Virus record (IMG/VR): IMGVR_UViG_3300026224_000019
Span: 1-36,209 of that record
DNA: 36,209 nt
Source of the DNA: a virus
Lineage: Duplodnaviria; Heunggongvirae; Uroviricota; Caudoviricetes
Reading direction: 5' to 3' (one strand)
Shown here: positions 7,414 through 15,993 of the stretch, in pieces
Layout of the letters: the number at the start of each line of letters is the position of its first letter
Position numbering within the stretch: position 1 is the first letter of the stretch
Translations under genes and position numbers: made by a program
The notes under the pieces: model-generated
What the model was told of the DNA's origin: nothing
Databases searched by the model: none
Seen by the model: only the letters and a program-made list of their open reading frames with translations

Positions 7414-8425
7414 AAAGGTGAAAACCGGCAGTTCATCCAGTAAGTCAGTATTGACCTGGCTTGCTGATATGTGCGGTGCCGATTTGTGTGCATACCCGTC
7501 TGTATCAGCCCTGGCAGAAGTAACGGAACTGAACAAAAAGACTGTGCAGGACAGCTTACGACACCTGATGGAGATTGGGTTAATTGTTGATACCGGTGAG
7601 AGAAAAGGCAGAACAAAGCAAATTGTGGTGTACCGACTTATCGGTGTAGAAGAAAGTGTTGCCGAGCCTGAATACACCCAAAAACGGGAGTCTTTAAAGG
7701 TGGGTAAAATTGGTGCTGTTAATAAAAACAGTACCGAAAACGGTTATGTTTCAGCACAAAACAGACCCAAAAACGGAACTCTTAACTGCATGGAAAATAA
7801 CCAAAGACACCCAAATTTTCCATTAAAGACACCCAAAAACGGATCACGGAACCCAAAGGAACCCAAAGATCTAAACCCCACACATAACGCACGCGAGAGT
7901 GCTCCGACCAGTGAGCAGGATGTTTTGTCGTTACAGGCAACGCCCCCTGTATTCCTGGATGGCCTGAGCGAACCCATCGGAAAATTTCCGATGACCGATA
8001 GCTGGCATCCGTCGCGGGATTTTCGGCGACGGGCTGCGTTGTGGGGGATGGCTTTGCCGGAACCAGAATTTACACCTGCTGAACTTGCCGCCTTCCGGGA
8101 CTACTGGGCAGCGGAGGGGAAAGTTTTCACGCAGGTTCAGTGGGAGCAGAAATTCGCCCGTCACGTAAATCACGTCAGGGCGCAGGCTAAACCAGTCAGC
8201 AAGGGGGTAAACCATGCAGCAGCACCAGGTGGCACCGCATCACGGGCAGTTCAGGAAATTCGGGCAGCACGTGAGCGGTGGGAGCGTGAAAACGGATTTA
8301 TCAACGACGGAAACTGCCTGGAAGCTGTGGGAACTCATGGGGGAGGTTTATTCGAACCGCTGGACCCAGAAGAACGGGGCCGCACCTTCGAAGCTCTGGA
8401 TTGCACAGATTGGCGCGATGACTGA
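7385..8425 (+). CDS. Replication initiation protein, O-like (N-terminal HTH, DnaT-like C-terminal region)
   Basis: MSIDALRWAKK...SVLTWLADMCGADLCAYPSVSALAEVTELNKKTVQDSLRHLMEIGLIV is a typical phage replication-protein HTH. C-terminal DSWHPSRDFRRRAALWGMALPEP...FRDYWAAEG resembles the DnaT ssDNA-binding domain. The 3' end is uncertain: the ORF runs 212 nt into the P-like gene in another frame. Confidence 0.6.
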   Translation: MSIDALRWAKKVKTGSSSSKSVLTWLADMCGADLCAYPSVSALAEVTELNKKTVQDSLRHLMEIGLIVDTGERKGRTKQIVVYRLIGVEESVAEPEYTQKRESLKVGKIGAVNKNSTENGYVSAQNRPKNGTLNCMENNQRHPNFPLKTPKNGSRNPKEPKDLNPTHNARESAPTSEQDVLSLQATPPVFLDGLSEPIGKFPMTDSWHPSRDFRRRAALWGMALPEPEFTPAELAAFRDYWAAEGKVFTQVQWEQKFARHVNHVRAQAKPVSKGVNHAAAPGGTASRAVQEIRAARERWERENGFINDGNCLEAVGTHGGGLFEPLDPEERGRTFEALDCTDWRDD

Positions 8426-8879
8426 GCAGCAAATCCGGCAGGTCTGCCGCCAGTGCATGGACCGTTGCAGGGCAGGTGAAACATGGCCTCCGGACCTGGC
8501 TGAGTTTGTGGCGCTGATTTCGGAAAGCGGGGCCAATCCATTTGGTCTGACGGTGGATGCTGTGATGGAGGAGTACCGACGCTGGCGCAATGAGTCCTGG
8601 CGATACGACGGAAGCGATAAATATCCGTGGCCTCAGCCTGTGCTGTATCACATTTGCCTCGAGATGCGTTCAAAGGGGATTGAGCGCCAGATGACCGAAG
8701 GTGAGTTAAAACGACTTGCAGAACGGCAACTGGCGAAATGGGCAAAGCATGTTGGTGACGGCTTCAGCGTTCCGCCCGTACGGCGGCAACTGGCAGCACC
8801 AAAACGCCCGTCGGGGCCAACACCAATTGAGTTGCTGAAACAGGAGTATGAACGCCGGAAAGCGGCTGGTTTTGTATGA
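8214..8879 (+). CDS. Replication protein P-like (helicase loader), 221 aa
   Basis: WPPDLAEFVALI..., YPWPQPVLYHICLEMRSKG, ELKRLAERQLAKW parallel lambda P (PSPGQFVAWC, YPWKSNAHYWLV, ELRRKAADEL). ATG 8214 has an AAGGGGG RBS. Alternative start at 8417 overlaps the O stop (ATGACTGA). Confidence 0.6.
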   Translation: MQQHQVAPHHGQFRKFGQHVSGGSVKTDLSTTETAWKLWELMGEVYSNRWTQKNGAAPSKLWIAQIGAMTEQQIRQVCRQCMDRCRAGETWPPDLAEFVALISESGANPFGLTVDAVMEEYRRWRNESWRYDGSDKYPWPQPVLYHICLEMRSKGIERQMTEGELKRLAERQLAKWAKHVGDGFSVPPVRRQLAAPKRPSGPTPIELLKQEYERRKAAGFV

Positions 8880-8909
8880 ATTGTGAAGGTGATTTTTTCA
8901 GGAGGATTT

Positions 8910-9137
8910 ATGGCGAAACCTTTTTCTCTCGAACAGCGGGAAGAGCTGAAGGCACGAATTATCGGATTGGTACGCAAAAATGGACGCATGACGATGTCAC
9001 AGCTGGAGAGAGCGACGGGAGCAGGCTGGCATTCGGTTCGACGCTGCCTTGTGGATGTGCTGGCTTGTGGCGATTTATACATGTCCGGTAAATACGGTGT
9101 TTTTTGCATCAGAGCAGGCGTATCGCGTATGGCGTAA
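8910..9137 (+). CDS. Hypothetical protein (75 aa)
   Basis: ATG 8910 with AGGAGG RBS; nin-region position. Confidence 0.5.
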   Translation: MAKPFSLEQREELKARIIGLVRKNGRMTMSQLERATGAGWHSVRRCLVDVLACGDLYMSGKYGVFCIRAGVSRMA

Positions 9138-9306
9138 GACACCGGAGAAAAGAACCGACCTGACACTGATTCGAAAGTTACCAGACGGAGAAATACGCCG
9201 CTACGACAGGCGTCAGAACATAATCTGTAGCGAGTGCCGGAAGAGCGAAGCTATGCAGCGCGTACTGGCGTTTTATCAGGGTAATTTTCAGGAGGTGGTG
9301 CGGTGA
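9049..9306 (+). CDS. Hypothetical protein, start uncertain
   Basis: Track ORF overlapping the previous gene; stop lies 4 nt before the next gene start. No clear RBS, and in-frame GTG alternatives exist. Confidence 0.3.
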   Translation: MWMCWLVAIYTCPVNTVFFASEQAYRVWRKTPEKRTDLTLIRKLPDGEIRRYDRRQNIICSECRKSEAMQRVLAFYQGNFQEVVR

Positions 9307-9569
9307 GTGAATCAAAATGCCAGGTTAAGGGCAACAAGATAGAACCATGTGCAGCACTGGCAAAGTCCCTTGAGCATGATGCTGAATACACGATGCGAAA
9401 AGGTCTGCTGATATACAAAGTCTGGAATGAGAATTTAACTCGCGCCCCTGATTTGGTGATGTTGCGTTCCGGTGAATTTTCTAAATCACCTATTCGAGTC
9501 TCATTTTGCCCGTTCTGTGGTGAAAGTCTGAAAACATGGAAAAAGGAGACAACCAGTGAGCAAGATTGA
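9303..9569 (+). CDS. Hypothetical protein (88 aa) with C-terminal CPFCG motif
   Basis: GTG start with AGGAGG RBS; overlaps neighbours by a few nt (operon-style coupling). Confidence 0.5.
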   Translation: MSESKCQVKGNKIEPCAALAKSLEHDAEYTMRKGLLIYKVWNENLTRAPDLVMLRSGEFSKSPIRVSFCPFCGESLKTWKKETTSEQD

Positions 9570-10455
9570 CTATCAGGCACTGCGTGAGGCGGCGGAACGT
9601 GCAATTCCAGCAATGGAACGCCTGTTAATGTTGCCAGCTGATGATGATTTGTTAAGTGAACAGGAACTTAAAGATTACGGTGTGGATATTGATGCGCTCA
9701 ACGCCTTCAAATTTCTGGCCGGACCAGAAACCGTGCTGGCACTACTGGATGAACGGGAAAGAAACCAGCAATACATAAAACGCCGAGACCAGGAAAACGA
9801 AATGATGGTTGATGCCATGCACGCGGCTATTGCCCTGACAAGTGTTGGAATAGACCTGGACGATTACGACGAATGCGTCTTGCGACTACATGAATGGGGC
9901 GCTTTACCTGACTATTGCATTGCGCTTTATGTGGATTTCGTTCACGGAATTGTATCGAAAAACAAACTTCTGGATTTTGGTTATATCAACGGTGCACCGG
10001 TATGGACGTTGCGTGATGAGCTGGAAGCCGCAGAGAACAACCTTATTGATAGTGAGTGCCATGTTGCTGAACTGGAAGAAGCGCTACGCGATAAGCAGGC
10101 GTTACTTGAAGCATCAGAGAAGCGCATAGCAGAACTGGAAACAAAAGCGAACCAGCAAACCAGAATAAGCGATAAGGGGCTGACAAAGCTGATTGCCGAT
10201 GCTGACAAAATGCTGGGTATGCGTTCGCCGGTTATAGACAGCGAGTGGTGGACGCTTTTACGGCAGTTCCTGATTGAACTTCAGGATCGCCGCAGAAACA
10301 GCATTTCTGAATCTGGAATCCGTGCTGAAACCCTGAATGATTTAATCCGACATATTGACAGAAACCTGGATATTGACGCGATGAAATCGCCGTTTGAACT
10401 GTCATCTGAAATTGTGGATTACGTTAATAGGCAACTGCACAAGGAGAATTCGTAA
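9556..10455 (+). CDS. Ead/Ea22-like coiled-coil protein (299 aa)
   Basis: N-terminus MSKIDYQALREAAERA and central coiled-coil (ELEEALRDKQALLEASEKRIAELETKANQQ) typical of lambdoid Ea22-like proteins. GTG start with AAGGAGA RBS. Confidence 0.6.
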   Translation: MSKIDYQALREAAERAIPAMERLLMLPADDDLLSEQELKDYGVDIDALNAFKFLAGPETVLALLDERERNQQYIKRRDQENEMMVDAMHAAIALTSVGIDLDDYDECVLRLHEWGALPDYCIALYVDFVHGIVSKNKLLDFGYINGAPVWTLRDELEAAENNLIDSECHVAELEEALRDKQALLEASEKRIAELETKANQQTRISDKGLTKLIADADKMLGMRSPVIDSEWWTLLRQFLIELQDRRRNSISESGIRAETLNDLIRHIDRNLDIDAMKSPFELSSEIVDYVNRQLHKENS

Positions 10456-10631
10456 TGCAGGTGGCATTTGTTGGCTTGTTACCGCATCCGATCCGCCTTT
10501 GGGCGGATATGTCACTCATAAAAACGCATTTTTTTACTACTGATGGCGGCATTCCGGCACCAAAGCGCCGCCATACCGGTATTGCAGCGGCACGACGAGC
10601 AGCAAAGAGACGCAGGAGAGCAAAACGATGA
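10455..10631 (+). CDS. Hypothetical small basic protein (58 aa)
   Basis: ATG overlaps the upstream stop (TAATG) and its own stop overlaps the next ATG (ATGA). Below the track size cut-off, so found by manual translation. Confidence 0.35.
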   Translation: MQVAFVGLLPHPIRLWADMSLIKTHFFTTDGGIPAPKRRHTGIAAARRAAKRRRRAKR

Positions 10632-10816
10632 AAAACCGTAAAGCAAAGATTCTGTTAGCTCGCAGAAACGGTGTTGGGGTCTGGCGATGGTTGAGGATTA
10701 GTAACAGACGAGTGAGGTTGACGGGGTGTTGCGGGGTGATGGGTCACAGCTGTTGCAAAAAGCCCAGCGCGGCGCAAAACCGCTGGAAAAACCACTTGCG
10801 CACTAAAGGAGAGTGA
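10628..10816 (+). CDS. Hypothetical basic protein (62 aa)
   Basis: Track ORF, translationally coupled on both sides. Confidence 0.35.
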   Translation: MKNRKAKILLARRNGVGVWRWLRISNRRVRLTGCCGVMGHSCCKKPSAAQNRWKNHLRTKGE

Positions 10817-10817
10817 T

Positions 10818-11183
10818 ATGGCACTGACGAAAAAACAACGTGCAGAACTGCGCATGAAGTTCGGCGGTCGCTGCGCTTATTGCGGCTGCGAACTTGGCGA
10901 AAAGTGGCATGCAGACCATGTAAAACCGGTCATTCGTTTTGATGGAAATATGCTTCACCAGGAACGTGACGATATATCCAACATGGTTCCGGCATGCCAC
11001 CCATGCAATCTGCACAAGCATTGCAGTAGCCTGGAAGATTATCGGCGAATTATCAGTGATGGTCGTCGTGAATTCCTTGCGTCCGGGAAAGGCAAAGCGC
11101 TGGTTCGTATGGGATTGGTTGAAATGAAACCTGACCCGGTTGTGTTCTGGTTTGAAAAATATCAAGAAGGGGCTACAGCATGA
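10818..11183 (+). CDS. HNH endonuclease (121 aa)
   Basis: CAYCGC...HADHVKP...N...ACHPCNLHK is the HNH/His-Me finger pattern with paired Cys motifs. Confidence 0.7.
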   Translation: MALTKKQRAELRMKFGGRCAYCGCELGEKWHADHVKPVIRFDGNMLHQERDDISNMVPACHPCNLHKHCSSLEDYRRIISDGRREFLASGKGKALVRMGLVEMKPDPVVFWFEKYQEGATA

Positions 11184-11524
11184 CGACTTTTACCAGAGAG
11201 CAGTTAATAGCTCACGCAGAGGAGACTATTGAAGCACAGAGACTGTGCATACCGGGCACAATCGACCATGACATCATCCGCACATATAAGATGGATATTG
11301 CTGTTCTGGAAATCGCACTGGTATCGCTGGCAGCAGAGCCAGCCGGTAAATTGCATGAATACAAACCAGTGGGATATCAGCGTCTGGTTGATGAGTTAAT
11401 CATGCTGGTAAAGCAGTTAACCTGGCAACTGAGGAAAGCGAAGCCAGACTGCAAATTACCGGATAAGGCGATGAGTTATCTGGAGCGGAACGGACTGATA
11501 AGCGTGGAGGATATTTTACGATGA
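11180..11524 (+). CDS. Hypothetical protein (114 aa)
   Basis: Track ORF, start overlaps the HNH stop. Confidence 0.5.
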   Translation: MTTFTREQLIAHAEETIEAQRLCIPGTIDHDIIRTYKMDIAVLEIALVSLAAEPAGKLHEYKPVGYQRLVDELIMLVKQLTWQLRKAKPDCKLPDKAMSYLERNGLISVEDILR

Positions 11525-11814
11525 CTGGCCTGAAGCATTCACAACGGTAGGAATTGCGATGGCAGTGGCGCTGGTGGTGTATTCGATTTGCCGCTGGGGA
11601 TAAAAACGGTTTGCGGGAAAAAGGGAGTTAAGTAAAATTGCTGCGGGTGCTTGAGGCTATCTGTCTCAGGCATGAACACCAAAAGGCAGATAGAGAAAAG
11701 CCCCAGTTAACATTACGCGTCCTGCAAGACGCTTAACATTAATCTGAGGCCCAATCTATGTCTCACAAATGTAGGTTAGCCTCTTACGTGCCGAAAGGCA
11801 AGGAGAAGCAGGCT

Positions 11815-11970
11815 ATGAAGCAGCAAAAGGCGATGTTAATCGCCCTGATCGTCATCTGTTTAACCGTCATAGTGACGGCACTGGTAACGAGGAAAGACCT
11901 CTGCGAGGTACGAATCCGAACCGGCCAGACGGAGGTTGCTGTCTTCGTAGACTACGAATCTGAGAAGTAA
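11815..11970 (+). CDS. hokD: Hok/Gef-family type I toxin (51 aa), HokD-like
   Basis: MKQQKAMLIALIVICLTVIVTALVTRKDLCEVRIRTGQTEVAVF is the Hok signature (single TM, conserved Cys, RxxxxEV). AAGGAGAAG RBS. In-frame upstream extension from 11758 could be the mok-like leader frame. Confidence 0.8.
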   Translation: MKQQKAMLIALIVICLTVIVTALVTRKDLCEVRIRTGQTEVAVFVDYESEK

Positions 11971-12041
11971 GAGTGACCAGGCGGGAGAGTAATCTCCCGC
12001 CACCTCTGATGTGTCGGCATCCTCAACGCACCCGCGCTTAA

Positions 12042-12066
12042 CCCGCTTCGGCGGGTTTTTTGTTTT
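12042..12066 (+). terminator. Intrinsic terminator after hok
   Basis: CCCGC-TTCG-GCGGG stem-loop followed by TTTTTTGTTTT. Confidence 0.6.
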
Positions 12067-12136
12067 ACGTATTCTGGTTTACAATCCACAGGCCAGCCTG
12101 AACAACTGGCACCTGCTGCGCCAGCAGAGAAAACCG

Positions 12137-12409
12137 ATGGCGCACAATACCAAACATCACAATTCTGATACCGACCTTGCCAGCAGGCACGGGCGGCGTT
12201 CTCATGCATTCAAATCTGACTGGTTCCAGCATGATCCATGCACTGAAGAACAGGCCGAATGGCTGATTCAGAACTACCGCAGACGTGGTTACGAGTTTCA
12301 GAAAGACCTCAGCCTCGACTTCCGACACTGGATCATCTCAGTCAGACTGCCTTACTCTGAACGCCCACCGCGTCCGTCCCGCACATTCCAGCAACTGATC
12401 TGGAGGTAA
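12137..12409 (+). CDS. Hypothetical protein (90 aa), possibly Rem-like
   Basis: Internal ATG of the track ORF chosen because the upstream part overlaps the hok terminator. Position between hok and the DUF968 gene mirrors rem in Qin. Confidence 0.4.
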   Translation: MAHNTKHHNSDTDLASRHGRRSHAFKSDWFQHDPCTEEQAEWLIQNYRRRGYEFQKDLSLDFRHWIISVRLPYSERPPRPSRTFQQLIWR

Positions 12410-12410
12410 C

Positions 12411-13457
12411 GTGCGGGTATTGCTTCGACCTGTTCCGGTACCGGAACTCGGGCTGGTGGTCCTTAAGCCTGGTCGTGAATCCATGCAGGTATTTCATAAC
12501 CCTCGAGTGCTGGTGGAGCCTGAACCGAAAAGCATGCGCGGGCTGCCGTCTGGGGTCGTTCCTGCCGCTCTCCAGCCGCTGGCGGAAGATAAATCTCTGC
12601 TGCCATTTTTCAGCAATGAGCGGGTGATTCGTGCTGCCGGCGGCGCAGGTGCACTGTCTGACTGGCTCCTGCGTCATGTTAAATCCTGCCAGTGGCCTCA
12701 TGGTGACTACCATCACAGCGAAACCGTCATACATCGTTACGGTGCTGGTGCGATGGTGTTGTGCTGGCACTGCGATAACCAGCTGCGTGACCAGACCTCC
12801 GAATCACTCGGGCAACTTGCTCATCAAAACCTGTCAGCATGGATGACTGACGTCATCCGTCACGCAATGAATGGCACACAGGAGCGGGAATTATCGCTGG
12901 CTGAATTATCCTGGTGGGCGGTCTGCAATCAGGTGGTGGACGCATTACCTGAGACAGTATTGCGTCGTTCTCTGGGGTTACGTGCGGAAAAAATCCGCTC
13001 AATGTACCGTGAAAGCGACATCGTACCGGGAGAGCAGACCGCCATCAGCATACTGAAGCAGCGCACAAAAAATCTTGCGCCGCTGCCTCACGCCCACCAG
13101 CAAAACCCGCCACAGGAAAAGACGGTGGTCAGTATTGCCGTTGATCCGGAGTCTCCTGAATCTTTCATGAGGCGGCCTAAACGTCGCCGTTGGGTAAATG
13201 AGAAATATACGCGCTGGGTGAAGATACAGCCGTGTGCGTGTTGTGGTCAGCCAGCCGACGATCCCCATCACCTGATTGGTCACGGTCAGGGAGGGATGGG
13301 GACAAAAGCCCACGATATTTTCACGCTACCGCTGTGCCGGGAGCATCACAATGAACTTCATGCTGATCCGCTGGCATTTGAAGAAAAGCATGGTTCCCAG
13401 ATTGATTTAATTTTTCGTTTTCTTGATCACGCCTTTGCAACCGGCGTGCTCGGGTAA
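12411..13457 (+). CDS. DUF968 family protein (YdfU-like, 348 aa) with C-terminal HNH-like zinc motif
   Basis: Size and position (before rusA and Q) as Qin ydfU. C-terminus CACCGQ...HHLIGHGQGG...CREHHNELH. GTG start with GGAGG RBS. Confidence 0.65.
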   Translation: MRVLLRPVPVPELGLVVLKPGRESMQVFHNPRVLVEPEPKSMRGLPSGVVPAALQPLAEDKSLLPFFSNERVIRAAGGAGALSDWLLRHVKSCQWPHGDYHHSETVIHRYGAGAMVLCWHCDNQLRDQTSESLGQLAHQNLSAWMTDVIRHAMNGTQERELSLAELSWWAVCNQVVDALPETVLRRSLGLRAEKIRSMYRESDIVPGEQTAISILKQRTKNLAPLPHAHQQNPPQEKTVVSIAVDPESPESFMRRPKRRRWVNEKYTRWVKIQPCACCGQPADDPHHLIGHGQGGMGTKAHDIFTLPLCREHHNELHADPLAFEEKHGSQIDLIFRFLDHAFATGVLG

Positions 13458-13469
13458 AAGAGGTTACTG

Positions 13470-13844
13470 ATGCGTATAGAGTTTGTTTTGCCTTACCCGC
13501 CGACGGTGAACACCTACTGGCGACGTCGTGGCAGTACATATTTTGTATCAAAAGCCGGTGAGCGTTATCGCCGTGATGTGGCGCTCATTGTTCGCCAGCA
13601 GCGGCTGAAATTAAACCTGTCCGGAAGGCTGGCGATAAAGATTATTGCAGAGCCACCGGATAAGCGCCGCCGTGACCTGGACAATATACTGAAAGCACCA
13701 CTGGATGCGCTGACGCATGCGGGACTGCTTATCGACGACGAGCAGTTTGATGAAATTAATATTGTGCGCGGACTGCCCGTTCCCGGTGGTCGGCTGGGCG
13801 TGAAGATTTACGAAATAATGCATGACGGGCAGGTCAAAAAATGA
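13470..13844 (+). CDS. rusA: Holliday junction resolvase RusA (124 aa)
   Basis: PYPPTVNTYWRRRG..., EPPDKRRRDLDNILKAPLDALTHAGLLIDDEQ matches RusA catalytic motifs (DRRRRDLDN, D-x-L). Confidence 0.85.
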   Translation: MRIEFVLPYPPTVNTYWRRRGSTYFVSKAGERYRRDVALIVRQQRLKLNLSGRLAIKIIAEPPDKRRRDLDNILKAPLDALTHAGLLIDDEQFDEINIVRGLPVPGGRLGVKIYEIMHDGQVKK

Positions 13845-14662
13845 AGCTGGAAGATTTACCGAAATACTATTCCCCAAAATCGCCTGGCCTGACTGATGCA
13901 TCCGCCTCGACGTCAAAAGATGCGCTGAGCATCACTGATGTGATGGCTGCGCAGGGTATGACACAAAACCGGGCTGAGATGGGGTTTTCTGCGTTCCTGG
14001 GGAAAATGGGCATTAGTATGAATGACAGGGCGCGGGCAACAGAATTACTGGCAGATTATGCATTAAGTCAGTGCGATCGCGTGGCGGCGTTAAGAAAACT
14101 TCCGGTAGAAATAAAACCGGCAGTGATGCGCATTATGGCTTCGTACGCTTTTGAGGATTATGCCCGCAGTGCAGCGAGTAAAAAGCAATGCCCTTGTTGC
14201 CGAGGGGAAAAATTTATTGAAAGCGAGGTTTTTACAAACAAGGTTCAGTATCCGGATGGCAAGCCGCCAGTATGGGCAAAGTGTACGAAAGGTGTGTATC
14301 CGTCTTACTGGGAAGAATGGAAAAAAATCCGGGAGTTGGTGAAAGTTTCCTGCCCGGTATGCAAGGGGAAAGGAGAGATTTCCACTGCCTGTAAAGATTG
14401 CCGTGGACGCGGTGTTGCCATTCATCGTGAAGAGTCGGAAAAACAGGGCGTACCAGTTTTCAGAAACTGTCAGCGTTGTGGTGGTCGTGGCTATGAAAGG
14501 CTGCCATCAACGGAGGCATTTAATGCCATATGCAAAGTGACGAGTGCTATCACGCTTGATACGTGGAAAAAATCAGTGAAATGCTTTTACGATACATTGG
14601 TGGTTCGGTTTGACATTGAAGAGGCATGGGCAGAGCAGCAGTTAAAGAGGGTAACGCGATAG
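13841..14662 (+). CDS. Late antiterminator Q-like protein (273 aa)
   Basis: Position directly after rusA and before a terminator and the lysis genes. Multiple CxxC zinc motifs (CPCCRG, CPVCKGKG, CKDCRGRG, CQRCGGRG). Confidence 0.65.
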   Translation: MKLEDLPKYYSPKSPGLTDASASTSKDALSITDVMAAQGMTQNRAEMGFSAFLGKMGISMNDRARATELLADYALSQCDRVAALRKLPVEIKPAVMRIMASYAFEDYARSAASKKQCPCCRGEKFIESEVFTNKVQYPDGKPPVWAKCTKGVYPSYWEEWKKIRELVKVSCPVCKGKGEISTACKDCRGRGVAIHREESEKQGVPVFRNCQRCGGRGYERLPSTEAFNAICKVTSAITLDTWKKSVKCFYDTLVVRFDIEEAWAEQQLKRVTR

Positions 14663-14744
14663 TGTTGTTGATTTTTCCCGAATCTGTGGTAAATTTGCCC
14701 TAACGATGGGCGTTTTATGCCTGACGTTAGAAGAATCTTTACAG

Positions 14745-14771
14745 CCCGCCATCGAGCGGGTTTTGTTGTTT
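14745..14771 (+). terminator. Candidate tR'-like intrinsic terminator downstream of Q
   Basis: CCCGC-CATCGA-GCGGG followed by TTTTGTTGTTT; a second GGCGGGCC-TTTTT element lies about 40 nt further on. Confidence 0.5.
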
Positions 14772-14936
14772 CTGAGGCTCGCTATGGCGGGCCTTTTTCA
14801 TATCCGCGCCACGCCCGGCGCACATCAAAAAACCACAGAGCCTTTCAGGGGTGAGCTTACGGGATGGTCAGTGTGACTTTCTCTGTGGGCTGGTCACTCC
14901 TGGGCGCAGGCTCACCCACTAAAAGGAAAAGTCACG

Positions 14937-15362
14937 ATGTTTGGTATTTTCAAAAAGAAAACCCGCAAGGCCATTACTGAAGTGAAGAAGATGGAGAACC
15001 GCGACGCAGTGGAGGCGACCGTCTGGGGCGCGTATTCCATTGCATATGCTGACGGCACCTGTGACGCGAAAGAAATCGCGGTACTGGAGAAAACCATTGC
15101 GGCACTTCCTGCCTTTGCGCCGTTCTCCGGTGAGATTGCACAAATGAGTGCAAATATCCGCGCCCGTTATGAAGCGTCGCCGCGCTCTGCCAATGCTGAA
15201 GCCCTTCGCCAGCTGGCTGATGTTGCCGGTACTGATGATGCAGTTAATGTACTGTGCCTGTGTCTGGATATCGCAGACCAGGATGGCATTGGTCCGGATG
15301 AAGAAGCGCAGCTCAAGAAAATTGCTCAGGCGCTGCAGTTACCGCTGGAGCAGTACCTGTGA
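14937..15362 (+). CDS. TerB-like domain protein (141 aa)
   Basis: Two repeats of the TerB pattern (IAYADGTCDAKEIAVLEK; CLDIADQDGIGPDEEAQLKKIAQAL) and a TerB-like N-terminus. Confidence 0.6.
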   Translation: MFGIFKKKTRKAITEVKKMENRDAVEATVWGAYSIAYADGTCDAKEIAVLEKTIAALPAFAPFSGEIAQMSANIRARYEASPRSANAEALRQLADVAGTDDAVNVLCLCLDIADQDGIGPDEEAQLKKIAQALQLPLEQYL

Positions 15363-15511
15363 AAAGTGCGCGCCTTGTGCTGGCTGCCATCCTGCTGTTT
15401 CTGGTAGTGGCGGTGGATTTCACCGGACGGCTGATGTCGGTGCTGGCAGATGGTGTGCTGGTGGCGATGGCGCTGGTCGTGCTCCGGCCTTTACTGCGTA
15501 AATCTGAATAA
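15359..15511 (+). CDS. Small hydrophobic membrane protein (50 aa)
   Basis: GTG start overlapping the TerB-like stop (GTGA). Almost entirely hydrophobic (LVLAAILLFLVVAV...VLVAMALVVL). Below the track cut-off. Confidence 0.4.
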   Translation: MKSARLVLAAILLFLVVAVDFTGRLMSVLADGVLVAMALVVLRPLLRKSE

Positions 15512-15559
15512 CACCACACAAAAGGCATCTGCGGGTGCCTTTAACGGGGTGTTTTTTAC

Positions 15560-15582
15560 GGGCCGCTGGTGGCCCTTTTTTA
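15560..15582 (+). terminator. Candidate intrinsic terminator closing the cargo pair
   Basis: GGGCC-GCTGGT-GGCCC followed by TTTTTTATTT. Confidence 0.4.
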
Positions 15583-15600
15583 TTTACAGGAGAAAAAAGT

Positions 15601-15993
15601 ATGTCTGAACCCTTATCCGGTTCCGGCACGGCTGCGGCGCTCGGTGGGGCGACGGTGTACGGGCTGTTTACCGGAACGGATTTCGGGATTGTGTTTGGTG
15701 CGTTCGCCGGGGCGTTATTTGTGGCAACGATGCCGCAGACGCTTTCAGCCTGGCGTGTTGCGGCGCATTTTCTGGTGTCGTTTATCGTGGGCGTACTGGG
15801 GGCAGAGGTTCTGGCATCCTGGCTGGTAAAGCATACAGAGTTTGACGGTGCACCTGTCGACGCATTGTGTGCAGTACTGGTGTCTGTATTGTCGGTAAAA
15901 GTGCTGTCCTTTGTGCACAGGCAGGACGTTATATCACTGATGTCCTGTCTGCTCTCCCGCCTGAAGAGTGGTGGAGGCGACAATGTTAAGTAA
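15601..15993 (+). CDS. Holin-like membrane protein (130 aa)
   Basis: ATG with AGGAGA RBS; multiple predicted TM segments; first gene of a cluster ending in an endolysin. Confidence 0.5.
   Translation: MSEPLSGSGTAAALGGATVYGLFTGTDFGIVFGAFAGALFVATMPQTLSAWRVAAHFLVSFIVGVLGAEVLASWLVKHTEFDGAPVDALCAVLVSVLSVKVLSFVHRQDVISLMSCLLSRLKSGGGDNVK

Noticed and set aside
12011-12136. N-terminal extension of the ORF after hok
   Set aside because: Would overlap the hok terminator hairpin and T-run; the internal ATG at 12137 was preferred.
14663-15600. Shiga toxin or other known toxin genes at the post-Q slot
   Set aside because: The two ORFs here (TerB-like, 50-aa membrane peptide) do not resemble Stx A/B subunits in size or sequence pattern.
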